Source: Macrostomum lignano
Lineage: Eukaryota
NCBI GenBank assembly: GCA_002269645.1
Contig: NIVC01001247.1
Span: forward strand, 300,944 to 364,943
Reading direction: 5' to 3'
Length of the DNA: 64,000 bases
Below, piece after piece: positions 47,642-60,770 of this stretch (its first letter is position 1; each line of letters opens with the position of its first letter). The notes beneath the pieces were generated by a model. It was not told the DNA's origin and did not search any database. It worked only from the letters and a program-made list of their open reading frames with translations. A program made the translations under genes and the position numbers.

Positions 47642-49767
47642 TTAAAACAGATTCCTGTTTAAGACATAGTAATTCGCACTGTCCGACACTCCAAGTCGCA
47701 TCTGCGGGTCCAGGTACACCTCGTCCAGTTGCCTGGACAGGGTGTTGTGCTCGCACATCCACTCGCCGTGGCTCCTCTCGTATTGCAGCCTCCGCGATTG
47801 CAGCACAGAGAATCGGTAGAACGAGAACGCTTGAAAACAGCTCTCAGCCTTGACTGGTGGCAGGTCCCTTGGCCCTTTTAAGATGGACTTTTCGATGTCT
47901 ACGTAGGGATACTTTGTGTCCTCGCCGTAGCGCTTGTTGTTGTAGAAGTTAATCGTGCAAGGGTCGTACAGTTTGCCATCGTATAAGCTGACTGTGCTAG
48001 CGCACATCTGCTGCAGCTTCGGCCGCGTCTTGAAGTAGTACAGACCTTGCAGAATGCTGTTGAGGTTCCAGCTGTGCCAGGCTAAATCTGGATCGATTAT
48101 CAATAGAAAGTCAGCACTGCTGCCCAGGTGTTTGTACGCGTGGTTCAGGTACTCGTTGCGCAGGACGGACATGATCAGGCCGCGATCGATCTAAACCGGG
48201 ATACAAAAATTCTTACCTCTGTAATACATGTACAGTTTTAGAGATTTAAAGACCCTCTTAGCATCGCTTGGAGACCCTAGCATCCCTCCAGAGACCCTAT
48301 CAAACTCTAAACTAAAGACCCTAGCATCCCTTTATAGACATCAACTTTTTAGAGACCGTGAATCATCACTCTAGACACCAATAGTATCACTCTAGACACC
48401 ATAGCATCACTCTAGACACCAATAGCACCACTCTAGACACCATAGCATCACTCTAGACACCATAGCATCACTCTAGACACCAATAGCACCACTCTAGACA
48501 CCATAGCATCACTCTAGACACCATAGCATCACTCTAGACACCATAGCATCACTCTAGACACCAATAGCATCACTCTAGACACCATAGCATCACTCTAGAC
48601 ACCATAGCATCACTCTAGACACCAATAGCACCACTCTAGACACCATAGCATCCCTCTAGACACCATAGCATCACTCTAGAAACCAATAGCATCACTCTAG
48701 ACACCATAGCATCACTCTAGACACCATAGCATCACTCTAGACACCAATAGCATCACTCTAGACACCATAGCATCACTCTAGACACCAATAGCACCACTCT
48801 AGACACCATAGCATCACTCTAGACACTATAGCATCACTCTAGACACCAATAGCATCACTCTAGACACCATAGCATCACTCTAGACACTATAGCATCACTC
48901 TAGACACCAATAGCATCACTCTAGACACCATAGCATCACTCTAGACACTATAGCATCACTCTAGACACCAATAGCATCACTCTAGACACCATAGCATCAA
49001 GAGACCGACCTCAACATCCTCTAGAGTGAAAAACCCCAGAATCTTTTATCACCAACCCTTTCCCTACGGGATAAAAGATGCGGCAAGGCGAAGAGCACCT
49101 CTTCCTCAATTGTCCTCTCCATATTGGAGCCGGGCCTGTGCGCCGAGCCGCTGTGGTATCTCTGGTTCATTCGGCATGGCGATTTGCTGTTAGGCTGGCC
49201 ACAACCGAGCACGCGGACTCGGGGATCGAGCCTGGCCAGCCGCAGCAGCCTCTCTCTAGTGCCATCATCAGAGTCGTTCTCAACTAGCAGCACCCAGCTC
49301 TGCCTGAACAGAGTCCGCAGTCGGCCAATATTCTGCAAACTGTTCTCCAAGTTAGGCATGCCATTTCTCACAGTGGCCGCGATCACCAGTGTCTGGGTGC
49401 CGAGCCAAGACCTGGCCACGGAGGCCCTGTAGGTGGCCGAGGCCTCCTTCTCGGACAGCGGGCGCAGCATCGGCAGCAGCTTGCCCGGTCGCTCGAAATA
49501 GTAAATCGAGTCGTTCTGACGCATCCGTTGCCAGGCCATCGCTGCGGCAAAGTCGCCAGTTGGTTGCAGCGGCCTCGGGCGCCGGTTGTTGCAGTTGAAA
49601 TTCCCGGGATCGATAGCTGGACTGGGCCAGACCGCCTCGTCGTCAGGCATAGGTGGCACCAGGTCAACCTCGCGTTCAGTCAGTAGCAGCAGCACAGTCA
49701 GGGCACCCATGAGCCAGCCAGCTGCCAGAGCCGCTAGCAGCGGATAATACGGTAGTTTTAATCGCAT
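47642..49767 (-). CDS. Type II membrane GT-A-fold glycosyltransferase-like protein (GT2/CAP59-GT69-like)
   Basis: Exon 1 49767-49099 (weak donor GAG|GTGCTC) and exon 2 48190-47642, phase 0. N-terminal TM segment. Motifs LVIAATVRN, VLLVENDSDDGT, LRNEYL, LLIIDPDL (DxD), ESCFQAFSFYR and CEH...VYLDPQM. Confidence 0.7.
48360..48998. repeat. 21-22-bp intronic minisatellite
   Basis: Tandem CCA(A)TAGCATCACTCTAGACA. Confidence 0.95.
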
Positions 49768-50604
49768 TGCATGTATTATTCTATTGTGCTATCGCAAGGA
49801 CTTACTGTCTGTTTGAGTCCACGCGGTTCTATCTATCTTATTCGGGTGTATATTTAGTGAGTCGTCTCTCTCTGCCTCTAAGTTTTATAATTATTTCTTC
49901 TGTGCAAATAAATAGAGCTGCAGGAAAGACAATACAGTCGTTTCTGCTTCTGCTGAGTACTATTTATTCAGCCTGTACTAGCCCAATGTGCGTTCAATGT
50001 GAACAACTGAATCCGACTGCAGGCACAAAGGTATAGCCTTTGAGCTCTAGTTACTTAATACGCTAGCTAGTTGATGTGGATTCTTTCGTAGAAGCGCTGC
50101 ATGAGTCATTAATGCAACGCAGCCTTTTTACAGCTAACTTTACAGCGTTGCAAGTACAATTAGTTTGCTTTCCAGCCAATTGTGTCCCTGTCTGTCCTTT
50201 GGGCTGCTCTCTCGCTTTGGGCTATTATATAATCCCTCTCCAGTCATCTCCTCCCAAATCTACATTCTTCCCTATAGAATGTACGCTCGCTCCGCGCAGT
50301 CAGCTATACCTGCTCATTGTACAAATCTCCCCACCTCATCAACCTGCTCTTTCTTCTGCTTTTTCTCTCTTTTCCCCATCGATGCAATCTGAGTTTTAGC
50401 CGTGTATTTGAAGTCGTGTGGGCCAATAGATACAAGCCCGCAACCACTTCTGTATACACAGACTCCATGTACAATTGTAGCTTCATGTAGTGTACATGAA
50501 TTAATAATTTACATAATACACGCTCGTAGCTTGCACACCTGCAAAATTTCATCTCAAGGTCTTTTACAAATTTCTGCTATAGAAATCCTCTCTGATATAC
50601 AACC

Positions 50605-51150
50605 CAGGGGCGTCGCCATAGATTTTATAGTGGGGGGGGGGATAAAGCTAAGAATCCTACATGTATATGATTTCTAAAATTCCTACATGCACATAGCACT
50701 CATTTTGGCGCCGCAGACACTCATTTTGGCGCCGCAGGCACTCATTTTGGCGCCGCAGGCACTCATTTTGGCGCCGCAGGCACTCATTTTGGCGCTGCAA
50801 GCACTTATTTTGGCGCCGCAGACAGGCACTCATTTTGGCGCTGCAGGCACCTTTTTTGGCGCCGCAGGCACTCATTTTGGCGCCTCAGGCACTCATTTTG
50901 GCGCCGCAGGCACTCATTTTGGCGCCGCAGGCACTCATTTTGGCGCCGCAGGCACTCATTTTGGCGCTGCAAGCACTTATTTTGGCGCCGCAGACAGGCA
51001 CTTATTTTGGCACCGCAGGCACTCATTTTGGCGCCGCAGGCACTCATTTTGGCGCCGCAGACAGGCACTCATTTTGCCGCCTCAGCCACTCATTTTGCCG
51101 CCTCAGGCACTCATTTTGGCGCCGCAGGCACTTATTTTAGCGCCGCAGAC
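50605..51150. repeat. 21-bp GGCGCC-core minisatellite preceded by a hAT-MITE-like terminus
   Basis: CAGGGGCGTCGCCA...G-run at 50605, then tandem GCACTCATTTTGGCGCCGCAG from about 50690. No right TIR seen. Confidence 0.8.
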
Positions 51151-51510
51151 AGACAATCCCTTTCTAGTCGAATAAAACTGAAATTTTCCGTTTCCCAATG
51201 ACTTCCAAAAATAGTTGAATTTCGGGCATGTGTTCAGAATCTATAGACAAGAGTATCACAACCTTTCTGCAGACTCCACGTAGTGATAAACGAATAATGT
51301 TAAACTGTCCCTCTTATAACTTGTAAATTATAACTCTGTCCACTTTTATCCTTAAATACTAAAGACAAAACTTTTTAAAGCAGAATTAAATTAACATGAT
51401 TAATTTTTTTAACAAACATGATTTCCAAAAACAGATTGCTTGCTGTCTCAGATGTATATTTTGTCTAAACTCAGTGTTTAAGCAACAGCAAAATGATAAC
51501 TGGCATTGTT

Positions 51511-54500
51511 TTACACTTCGCCGCAGTCCTCAATCGTGACTTTCTTAGCCGGTCGACCAGACTGAGAACCGAGCTTCTCAATAGCCTTAACCACGTCTTC
51601 GCCTGTGGCAACCTCGCCAAACACCACGTGCTTGCCGTCCAGCCATGGAGTCTTCTCTGTAGTGATGAAGAACTGGCTGCCGTTCGTGTTCGGCCCGGCA
51701 TTGGCCATAGACAGCAGGAACGGCTTGCTGTGACGGACGGAGAAATTCTCGTCGGGGAATTTCTCGCCGTAGATGGACTCGCCGCCGGTGCCGTTGCCGC
51801 GGGTGAAGTCGCCGCCCTGGCACATGAACTGCGGGATCACCCGGTGGAAGCTGCTGCCTTTGTAGTGCAGCGGCTTGCCGCTCTTTCCTGTTGAAGGTTG
51901 AAGAGAAACTTCTTTTAGAATAGAAACTTCTGTCACAACTCATATGCCTCAGTCACAAACTGATGCCTCCGTCACAACTCATATGCATCAGTCACAACCT
52001 GATGCATCAGTCACCAACCTGATGCCTCAGTCACCAACCTGATGCTTTAGTCACCAACCTGATGCCTCAGTCACCAACCTGATGCCTCAGTCACCAACTT
52101 TATGCCTCAGTCCTCAACTTTATGCCTCAGTCACCAACTTTATGCCTCAGTCACCAAATTTATGCCCCAGTCACCAACTTTATGCCTCAGTCACCAACCT
52201 GATGCTTCAGTCACCAACCTGATGCTTTAGTCACCAACCTGATGCCTCAGTCACCAACCTGATGCTTTAGTCACCAACCTGATGCCTCAGTCACCAACCT
52301 GATGCCTCAGTCACCAACCTGATGCCTCAGTCACCAACTTTATGCCTCAGTCACCAACCTGATGCCTCAGTCACAACTCATATGCATCAGTCACAACCTG
52401 ATGCCTCAGTCACAAACTGATGCCTCAGTCACAACCTGATGCCTCAGTCACAAACTGATGCCTCAGTCACAACTCATATGCATCAGTCACAACCTGATGC
52501 CTCAGTCACAACCTGATGCCTCAGTCACCAACCTGATGCCTCAGTCACCAACCTGATGCCTCAGTCACCAACCTGATGCCTCAGTCACCACCCAGATGCC
52601 TCAGTCACAACCTAATGCCTCAGTCACAACCTGATGCATCAGTCACCAACCTGATGCATCAGTCACCAACCTGATGCCTCAGTCACCAACCTGATGCTTT
52701 AGTCACCAACCTGATGCCTCAGTCACCAACCTGATGCCTCAGTCACCAACTTTATGCCTCAGTCACCAACTTTATGCCTCAGTCACCAACTTTATGCCTC
52801 AGTCACCAACTTTATGCCCCAGTCACCAACTTTATGCCTCAGTCACCAACCTGATGCTTCAGTCACCAACCTGATGCTTTAGTCACCAACCTGATGCCTC
52901 AGTCACCAACCTGATGCTTTAGTCACCAACCTGATGCCTCAGTCACCAACCTGATGCTTTAGTCACCAACCTGATGCCTCAGTCACCAACCTGATGCTTT
53001 AGTCACCAACCTGATGCCTCAGTCACCAACCTGATGCCTCAGTCACCAACCTGATGCCTCAGTCACCAACTTTATGCCTCAGTCACCAACCTGATGCCTC
53101 AGTCACAACTCATATGCATCAGTCACAACCTGATGCCTCAGTCACAAACTGATGCCTCAGTCACCAACCTGATGCTTCAGTCACCAACCTGATGCCTCAG
53201 TCACCAACCTGATGCCTCAGTCACCAACCTGATGCCTCAGTCACCACCCAGATGCCTCAGTCACAACCTAATGCCTCAGTCACAACCTGATGCATCAGTC
53301 ACCAACCTGATGCATCAGTCACCAACCTGATGCCTCAGTCACCAACCTGATGCTTTAGTCACCAACCTGATGCCTCAGTCACCAACCTGATGCCTCAGTC
53401 ACCAACTTTATGCCTCAGTCACCAACTTTATGCCTCAGTCACCAACTTTATGCCTCAGTCACCAAATTTATGCCCCAGTCACCAACTTTATGCCTCAGTC
53501 ACCAACCTGATGCTTCAGTCACCAACCTGATGCTTTAGTCACCAACCTGATGCCTCAGTCACCAACCTGATGCTTTAGTCACCAACCTGATGCCTCAGTC
53601 ACCAACCTGATGCCTCAGTCACCAACCTGATGCCTCAGTCACCAACTTTATGCCTCAGTCACCAACCTGATGCCTCAGTCACAACTCATATGCATCAGTC
53701 ACAACCTGATGCCTCAGTCACAAACTGATGCCTCAGTCACAACCTGATGCCTCAGTCACAAACTGATGCCTCAGTCACAACTCATATGCATCAGTCACAA
53801 CCTGATGCCTCAGTCACAAACTGATGCCTCAGTCACCAACCTGATGCCTCAGTCACCAACCTGATGCCTCAGTCACCAACCTGATGCCTCAGTCACCAAC
53901 CTGATGCCTCAGTCACCACCCAGATGCCTCAGTCACAACCTAATGCCTCAGTCACCAACCTGATGCCTCAGTCACCAACCTGATGCCTCAGTCACCAACC
54001 TGATGCTTTAGTCACCAACCTGATGCCTCAGTCACCAACCTGATGCCTCAGTCACCAACTTTATGCCTCAGTCACCAACTTTATGCCTCAGTCACCAACT
54101 TTATGCCTCAGTCACCAAATTTATGCCCCAGTCACCAACTTTATGCCTCAGTCACCAACCTGATGCTTCAGTCACCAACCTGATGCTTTAGTCACCAACC
54201 TGATGCCTCAGTCACCAACCTGATGCTTTAGTCACCAACCTGATGCCTCAGTCACCAACCTGATGCCTCAGTCACCAACCTGATGCCTCAGTCACCAACT
54301 TTATGCCTCAGTCACCAACCTGATGCCTCAGTCACAACTCATATGCATCAGTCACAACCTGATGCCTCAGTCACAAACTGATGCCTCAGTCACAACCTGA
54401 TGCCTCAGTCACAAACTGATGCCTCAGTCACAACTCATATGCATCAGTCACAACCTGATGCCTCAGTCACAAACTGATGCCTCAGTCACCAACCTGATGC

Positions 54501-56368
54501 CTCAGTCACCAACCTGATGCCTCAGTCACCAACCTGATGCCTCAGTCACCAACCTGATGCCTCAGTCACCACCCAGATGCCTCAGTCACAACCTAATGCC
54601 TCAGTCACCAACCTGATGCCTCAGTCACCAACCTGATGCCTCAGTCACCAACCTGATGCCTCAGTCACCAACTTTATGCCTCAGTCACCAACTTTATGCC
54701 TCAGTCACCAACTTTATGCCTCAGTCACCAACTTTATGCCCCAGTCACCAACTTTATGCCTCAGTCACCAACTTTATGCCTCAGTCACCAACCTGATGCC
54801 TCAGTCACCAACCTGATGCCTCAGTCACCAACCTGATGCATCAGTCACCACCCAGATGCCTCAGTCACCAACTTTATGCCTCAGTCACCAACTTTATGCC
54901 TCAGTCACCAACCTGATGCTTCAGTCACCAACCTGATGCCTCAGTCACCAACCTGATGCCTCAGTCACCAACCTGATGCCTCAGTCACCAACCTGATGCT
55001 TTAGTCACCAACCTGATGCCTCAGTCACCAACCTGATGCCTCAGTCACCAACTTTATGCCTCAGTCACCAACTTTATGCCTCAGTCACCAACTTTATGCC
55101 TCAGTCACCAACCTGATGCCTCAGTCACCAACCTGATGCCTCAGTCACCAACCTGATGCCTCAGTCACCAACCTGATGCCTTAGTCACCAACCTGATGCC
55201 TCAGTCACCAACCTGATGCCTCAGTCACCAACCTGATGCCTCAGTCACCAACCTGATGCCTTAGTCACCAACCTGATGCCTCAGTCACCAACCTGATGCC
55301 TCAGTCACCAACTTTATGCCTCAGTCACCAACTTTATGCCTCAGTCACCAACTTTATGCCTCAGTCACCAACTTTATGCCTCAGTCACCAACCTGATGCC
55401 TCAGTCACCAACCTGATGCCTCAGTCACCAACTTTATGCCTCAGTCACCAACCTGATGCATCAGTCACCAACCTGATGCCTCAGTCACCAACCTGATGCC
55501 TCAGTCACCAACCTGATGCCTTAGTCACCAACCTGATGCCTCAGTCACCAACCTGATGCCTCAGTCACCAACTTTATGCCTCAGTCACCAACTTTATGCC
55601 TCAGTCACCAACTTTATGCCTCAGTCACCAACCTGATGCCTCAGTCACCAACCTGATGCCTCAGTCACCAACCTGATGCCTCAGTCACCAACCTGATGCA
55701 TCAGTCACCAACTTTATGCCTCAGTCACCAACTTTATGCCTCAGTCACCAACCTGATGCATCAGTCACCAACCTGATGCCTCAGTCACCAACCTGATGCT
55801 TTAGTCACCAACCTGATGCCTCAGTCACCAACCTGATGCCTCAGTCACCAACTTTATGCCTCAGTCACCAACTTTATGCCTCAGTCACCAACTTTATGCC
55901 TCAGTCACCAAATTTATGCCCCAGTCACCAACTTTATGCCTCAGTCACCAACCTGATGCTTCAGTCACCAACCTGATGCTTTAGTCACCAACCTGATGCC
56001 TCAGTCACCAACCTGATGCTTTAGTCACCAACCTGATGCCTCAGTCACCAACCTGATGCCTCAGTCACCAACCTGATGCCTCAGTCACCAACTTTATGCC
56101 TCAGTCACCAACCTGATGCCTCAGTCACAACCTGATGCCTCAGTCACCACCCAGAACCAATCCATTCCATGATACACGAGCACTTACCAACACCCTTGTC
56201 GCCAGCGCACAGTGCCCTAAAATTCTCGGCCGTTTTCGGCACCTTGTCGTAATAGAGACTAAAAATAACCCGGCCAAGCGATTTGCCATCGGCGGCAACA
56301 TCAAAGAACACCTGCGGCCGCCCAGCCTTATTGGCCGCGGTGCTTAGCAAACGAAACGGTAGGGCCAT
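51511..56368 (-). CDS. Cyclophilin-type peptidyl-prolyl isomerase with a short N-terminal extension (possibly mitochondrial)
   Basis: Exon 1 56368-56188 and exon 2 51887-51511, phase 1. [46 protein letters not shown] and [10 protein letters not shown] motifs are all intact. Confidence 0.95.
51930..56152. repeat. 4.2-kb 19-20-bp minisatellite filling the cyclophilin intron
   Basis: Tandem TCAGTCACCAAC(CTG/TTT)ATGCC, with variant blocks recurring every ~650-670 bp. Confidence 0.97.
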
Positions 56369-56514
56369 CAATAATTAACAATACTTTTTTAACGATTTCT
56401 GATTCATTTCAACAAACTATAGAAATCTTATCATACTTAAAATATTTTCTGCTTGGGCAGATATGCTAGTATAGGCAAAAATGGTTGCTAAAGTTGTCTT
56501 TAAATCTGCTAGCG

Positions 56515-56875
56515 CCCCTGGTGCTGGCGCCCCATTTGGTGCTGGCACCCCTTGGTGCTGGCGCGCTTTGGTGCTGGCGCCCCATTTGGTGCTGGCGTCC
56601 CTTGGTGCTGACGCCCCTTGGTGCTGGCGCCCCTTGGTGCTGGCGCCCCATTTGGTGCTGGCGCCCCATTTGGTGCTGGCGCCCCTTGGTGCTGGCGCCC
56701 CCTGGTGCTGGTGCCCCATTTGGTGCTGGCGCGCTTTGGTGCTGGCGCCCCATTTGGTGCTGGCGCCCTTTGGTGCTGGCGCCCCTTGGTGCTGGCGCCC
56801 TTTGGTGCTGGCGCCCTTGGTGCTGGCGCCCCTTGGTGCCCCTTGGTGCTGGCGCCCCTTGGTGCTGGCGCTCCT
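56515..56875. repeat. 15-16-bp GGCGCC-core minisatellite between the two cyclophilins
   Basis: Tandem CCCC(A)TT(T)GGTGCTGGCG. Confidence 0.95.
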
Positions 56876-57094
56876 CGCTAACGCCCCCATATAAAAGGTC
56901 CCTAGCTACACTCTTGAATCTCTGCATTTAATGTTTAACGATAAAAATAAAAAAACAAACAGGAAACGGACACCGGTTTTTCAAAAACGCGAAATGCAAA
57001 AAATTGAATAATTCCGATTTATTTTATTATTACTAGTCCCAACCGATACAAGCAAATATTCACAAATTGAAACAGACACAGCTGCACAAAACAG

Positions 57095-58575
57095 TCACAA
57101 CTGTCCACAGTCAGCAATAACAATCGGGGCAGATGTTCGACCCGACTCCGACCCCAGACTTTCCATGCGTTTAACCACGTCTTCACCGCTGACAACTTCG
57201 CCAAACACCACGTGCTTGCCATCCAGCCATCTAGTACTGACAGTAGTGATGAAGAACTGGCTGCCGTTCGTGTTCGGCCCGGCATTGGCCATAGACAGCA
57301 GGAATGGCTTGCTGTGATTAATGGCGAATTTCTCGTCGGGGAATTTCTCGCCGTAGATGGACTCGCCGCCGGTGCCATTGCCCCGGGTGAAGTCGCCGCC
57401 CTGGCACATGAACTGCGGGATCACCCGGTGGAAGCTGCTGCCTTTGTAGTGCAGCGGCTTGCCGCTGATTTCACCTGAAGGGATTCAATGCGATTGATTT
57501 TCTGCTAAGTGTGAGCAGCTGTCAGCCTGCCATTTGAGAATTGCGAATGGTCATTCACCTGTCATATGGGTCGTTCACCTGTCATATGAATCATTCACCT
57601 GTCATATGGTCATTCACCTGTCATATGGGTCATTCACCTGTCATATGGGTCATCCACCTGAGATATGGGTCGTTCACCTGAGATATGGGTCGTTCACCTG
57701 AGATATGGGTCGTTCTGCTGAGATATGGGTCGTTCACCTGAGATATGGGTCGTTCACCTGAGATATGGGTCATTCACCTGAGATATGGGTCGTTCACCTG
57801 AGATATGGGTCATTCACCTGAGATATGGGTCGTTCTGCTGAGATATGGGTCATCCACCTGAGATATGGGTCGTTCACCTGAGATATGGGTCGTTCACCTG
57901 AGATATGGGTCGTTCACCTGAGAAATGGGTCATTCACCTGAGATATGGGTCGTTCACCTGAGATATGGGTCATTCACCTGAGATATGGGTCGTTCTGCTG
58001 AGATATGGGTCATCCACCTGAGATATGGGTCGTTCACCTGAGATATGGGTCATTCACCTGAGATATGGTCATTCACCTGACATGTGTCATTCACCTGTCA
58101 TAAGGGTCATTCATCTATCATATGGATCATTCACCTGTCATATGGGTCATTCACCTGTCATATGGGTCATTCACCTGTCATATGGGTCATTCACCTGTCA
58201 TATGGGTCATTCACCTGAGATATGGGTCATTCACCCGAGATATGGGTCATTCACCTGAGATATGGGTCATTCACCTGACATGTGTCATTCACCTGTCATA
58301 AGGGTCATTCATCTATCATATGGATCATTCACCTGAGATATGGGTCATTCATCTGGCATATGGGTCATTCATATGAAAAAACGGATCATTTATTCGGCAT
58401 ATAGGTCATTCATATGGAATGTAGGTCATTGACTCACCAATCCCCTTCTCCCAGTACAGAGAGCGCGGAAATTCTCAGCAGTTTTCGGCACAATATCAGC
58501 ATAGAGCTTAAATGTTATGCGGCCGGCTGGCTTGCCATCAATGTCAATATCAAAATATACAATTGGATTGGACAT
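57095..58575 (-). CDS. Second cyclophilin (cytosolic CypA-like); 1-nt deletion in exon 1 as sequenced
   Basis: Exon 1 58575-58438 reads [42 protein letters not shown]; exon 2 is 57474-57095. Exon 1 is 138 nt but must end in phase 1. One base is missing at the GGG run (58450-58452), where TGEKG is expected. Confidence 0.85.
57550..58415. repeat. 20-bp intronic minisatellite
   Basis: Tandem GGGTC(A/G)TTCACCTG(AG/TC)ATAT. Confidence 0.95.
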
Positions 58576-58784
58576 TTCTTTGAATGTTGGAATTTAACTG
58601 AAAATAGGATATAAATTTAAGTATAGGATTATGATTCAGTATATTGTTTTGACACAATTGGTACGTATATAAATCACTGGGAAAAGAGTTACTGCACTAC
58701 TGATCAAAAGATTGTGCTGGCTAGTGAATAGGAACAGTCTAGTGACTGGAGTGAGTTGTTTCTTGAAAGAATCATTAGAATCAT

Positions 58785-58915
58785 TAAAGAGGGGTTAGAG
58801 CGTCAGGCTCACAACTGAATGGTTAGGGGTTCGATTCTCGACCCACTTGGAACAATTTGTGTCCTTAAGCAAGACACTTAACTCTGGATTGCTTCAGTTC
58901 ACCTGGGTGCAGTTT
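58785..58915 (+). mobile_element. tRNA-derived SINE fragment
   Basis: A-box-like GGTTAGAGCG and B box GGTTCGATTC (58828-58837), followed by TGTGTCCTTAAGCAAGACACTTAAC, a body motif common in metazoan SINE superfamilies. Confidence 0.7.
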
Positions 58916-59169
58916 GACCACTTTTTTCTGCTCAACTGCGCTACTACGAGGTCATTTCTGCGCTCAAAAATGAAGCTATGGACCTTTTTTCTTGTCTTTC
59001 ATGCTCATTATTGACTTTTAAAAAATCGGTAGTTGAAACAACAACGTACATGTAAAGGATTAACTTGTACTCGCTCATGTATTTAATTCAGATTGCATGC
59101 TTCAAGCTTTCAAAAGCTTCTAATTTTAGCCAAAAGCAAATTCATGAGCTTTTCTTTGCCTTCAAGTTC

Positions 59170-60770
59170 ATCGTCATCAACTCAGGCTCAGCGCAAAACC
59201 AAGTTTTCTGAAGCCTGGCTGAAGAGAACGATCGCAATGGCTTGGAGATAAGCCAATTGTCTCGGCAAGCTGATGACCATCAAGGCAGGAAGCCAGACGA
59301 AGCATTTGGTTACTGTTGCCAAAAGTCAGTGGTTATTTCCCAGCATGTAATCAGTGCCAAGCACAAATCAGCAACGAACCATCTCAAGCAGTCCAATTTT
59401 GGGCAACAAAGCCAAAAGATAATTACATATTTTTTCCTGTAATGAAGAATCTGATTGAGACCCGGATGCTGACAAACAAATGGCCGCTTGTCTCCGATTT
59501 TGTTCATTGATTGCAAAGAAGGATGTCTCGTTTCAGTTCATTCACAGATGAGCTGGCAAAGGTTATCCCTGTCGCCTTCCCAGACAGTAAAATTGCTGAA
59601 ACTATGCTTGCGCTAGAACAAAGACAAGCGACCTGATCTGTGAGGCTTTGAGCCCCTATGCAAAATGTCAAATGATGCAGAAGCTTAGAGCAGCACCATT
59701 TTCTATCCTGCTGGATGAAGGGACTCAAAGGGATCGGTCGTGGCTAGTCATTCTTGGCCCTACTGTTGCACATTGGCACAGAGGAGCTGGTGGAAGCAAC
59801 TGCTGAAGGCATGAAGGCTTTGTTGAGGAGAGTTTTAAAGGTCAATAATTTGCCCACCGAGAATATTATGTCAGTAATGACCGACTCTTGCAATGACATG
59901 CGAGGCAAGTATACATAGCGGTAAGCAGTTTATTATCTTCATAATTTATTTGTATTTCACATTCAGAGTTGCAGACTATAGGTTACAAGTGGCTGCTTTC
60001 CTGCTATATTTAGGATCGCATGGTGGTCTCGTGACGAAGTTGCGTGCCAAAATGCCTCATCTTGTCGATGTCGGCGGATGCAGTCTGCATTATGTACATA
60101 ATAGTGTCCAGTAAGCTGTCCGTGCCTTCGATGAAGATTGTGAGGTTGAGGCTCTATTCGACAATGTTTACGATTTTTTGTTACATTGGTCGCCGCAATA
60201 ACTTACAAAAAGTAATACCTTATACCCTTTCCAATTAAACCTTGCAAAGATTGTTCTATCCAGAAATTCGTGGAATTGTGAAATTTATGTCTCTTTGTAT
60301 TTTTTATTCTTTACCTATCGATCCAAGAAGCAATGAAACTGGCTCAGCAAGTTTTCCTTAGGCAAGTAGACACTCGTTGGCTGCAGGTGCTGACTGTTGT
60401 TCAGCATGTGCTGGAACAGTGGGAGTCACAGAAAGCATTTTTTGGTAATCCAGCAACCTCGACTGGCAAATTGAAGCCTACTGCCGATCGAATAAAGAAT
60501 GCTCTGATGAATGCAAACCTAGCACGCCAGCAGTTTCTAGAACAAACACTACCTCGATGTGAGATTCAAAAGCTTTTCCAGCGGGAATCAACATAAATAC
60601 ATCTACTGTCAGCCAGTCTCAATGAACTTTGCAGCGACTTGCTGTTGTGTTTTGTCCATCCTGATGTCGAGAACACCATATCACTACGTGACCTAGCCAC
60701 CTCAGTCAAAGATCGAGCTAACCAGCTATTGGACGCTGAACTTGTAATTGGAGCCACAACCAGTAAGCAC
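59170..60770 (+). pseudogene. Decayed hAT-family transposase
   Basis: Motifs in shifting frames: FSILLDEGTQRD, IMSVMTDSCNDMRGK, GCSLHYVHNSV and VDTRWL. Stops and frameshifts present. Confidence 0.8.

Noticed and set aside
48191-48222. CAG|AG|GTAAG 2-nt micro-exon before exon 2 of the glycosyltransferase
   Set aside because: It would need a 26-nt intron, and the simple two-exon model is already in phase.
50657-51201. LILAPQA and RQNECL ORFs; likewise the ORFs at 56417-56931
   Set aside because: Minisatellite translations.
58785-58860. Functional tRNA gene
   Set aside because: A and B boxes are present but no acceptor stem or cloverleaf can be formed; it continues into a SINE body.
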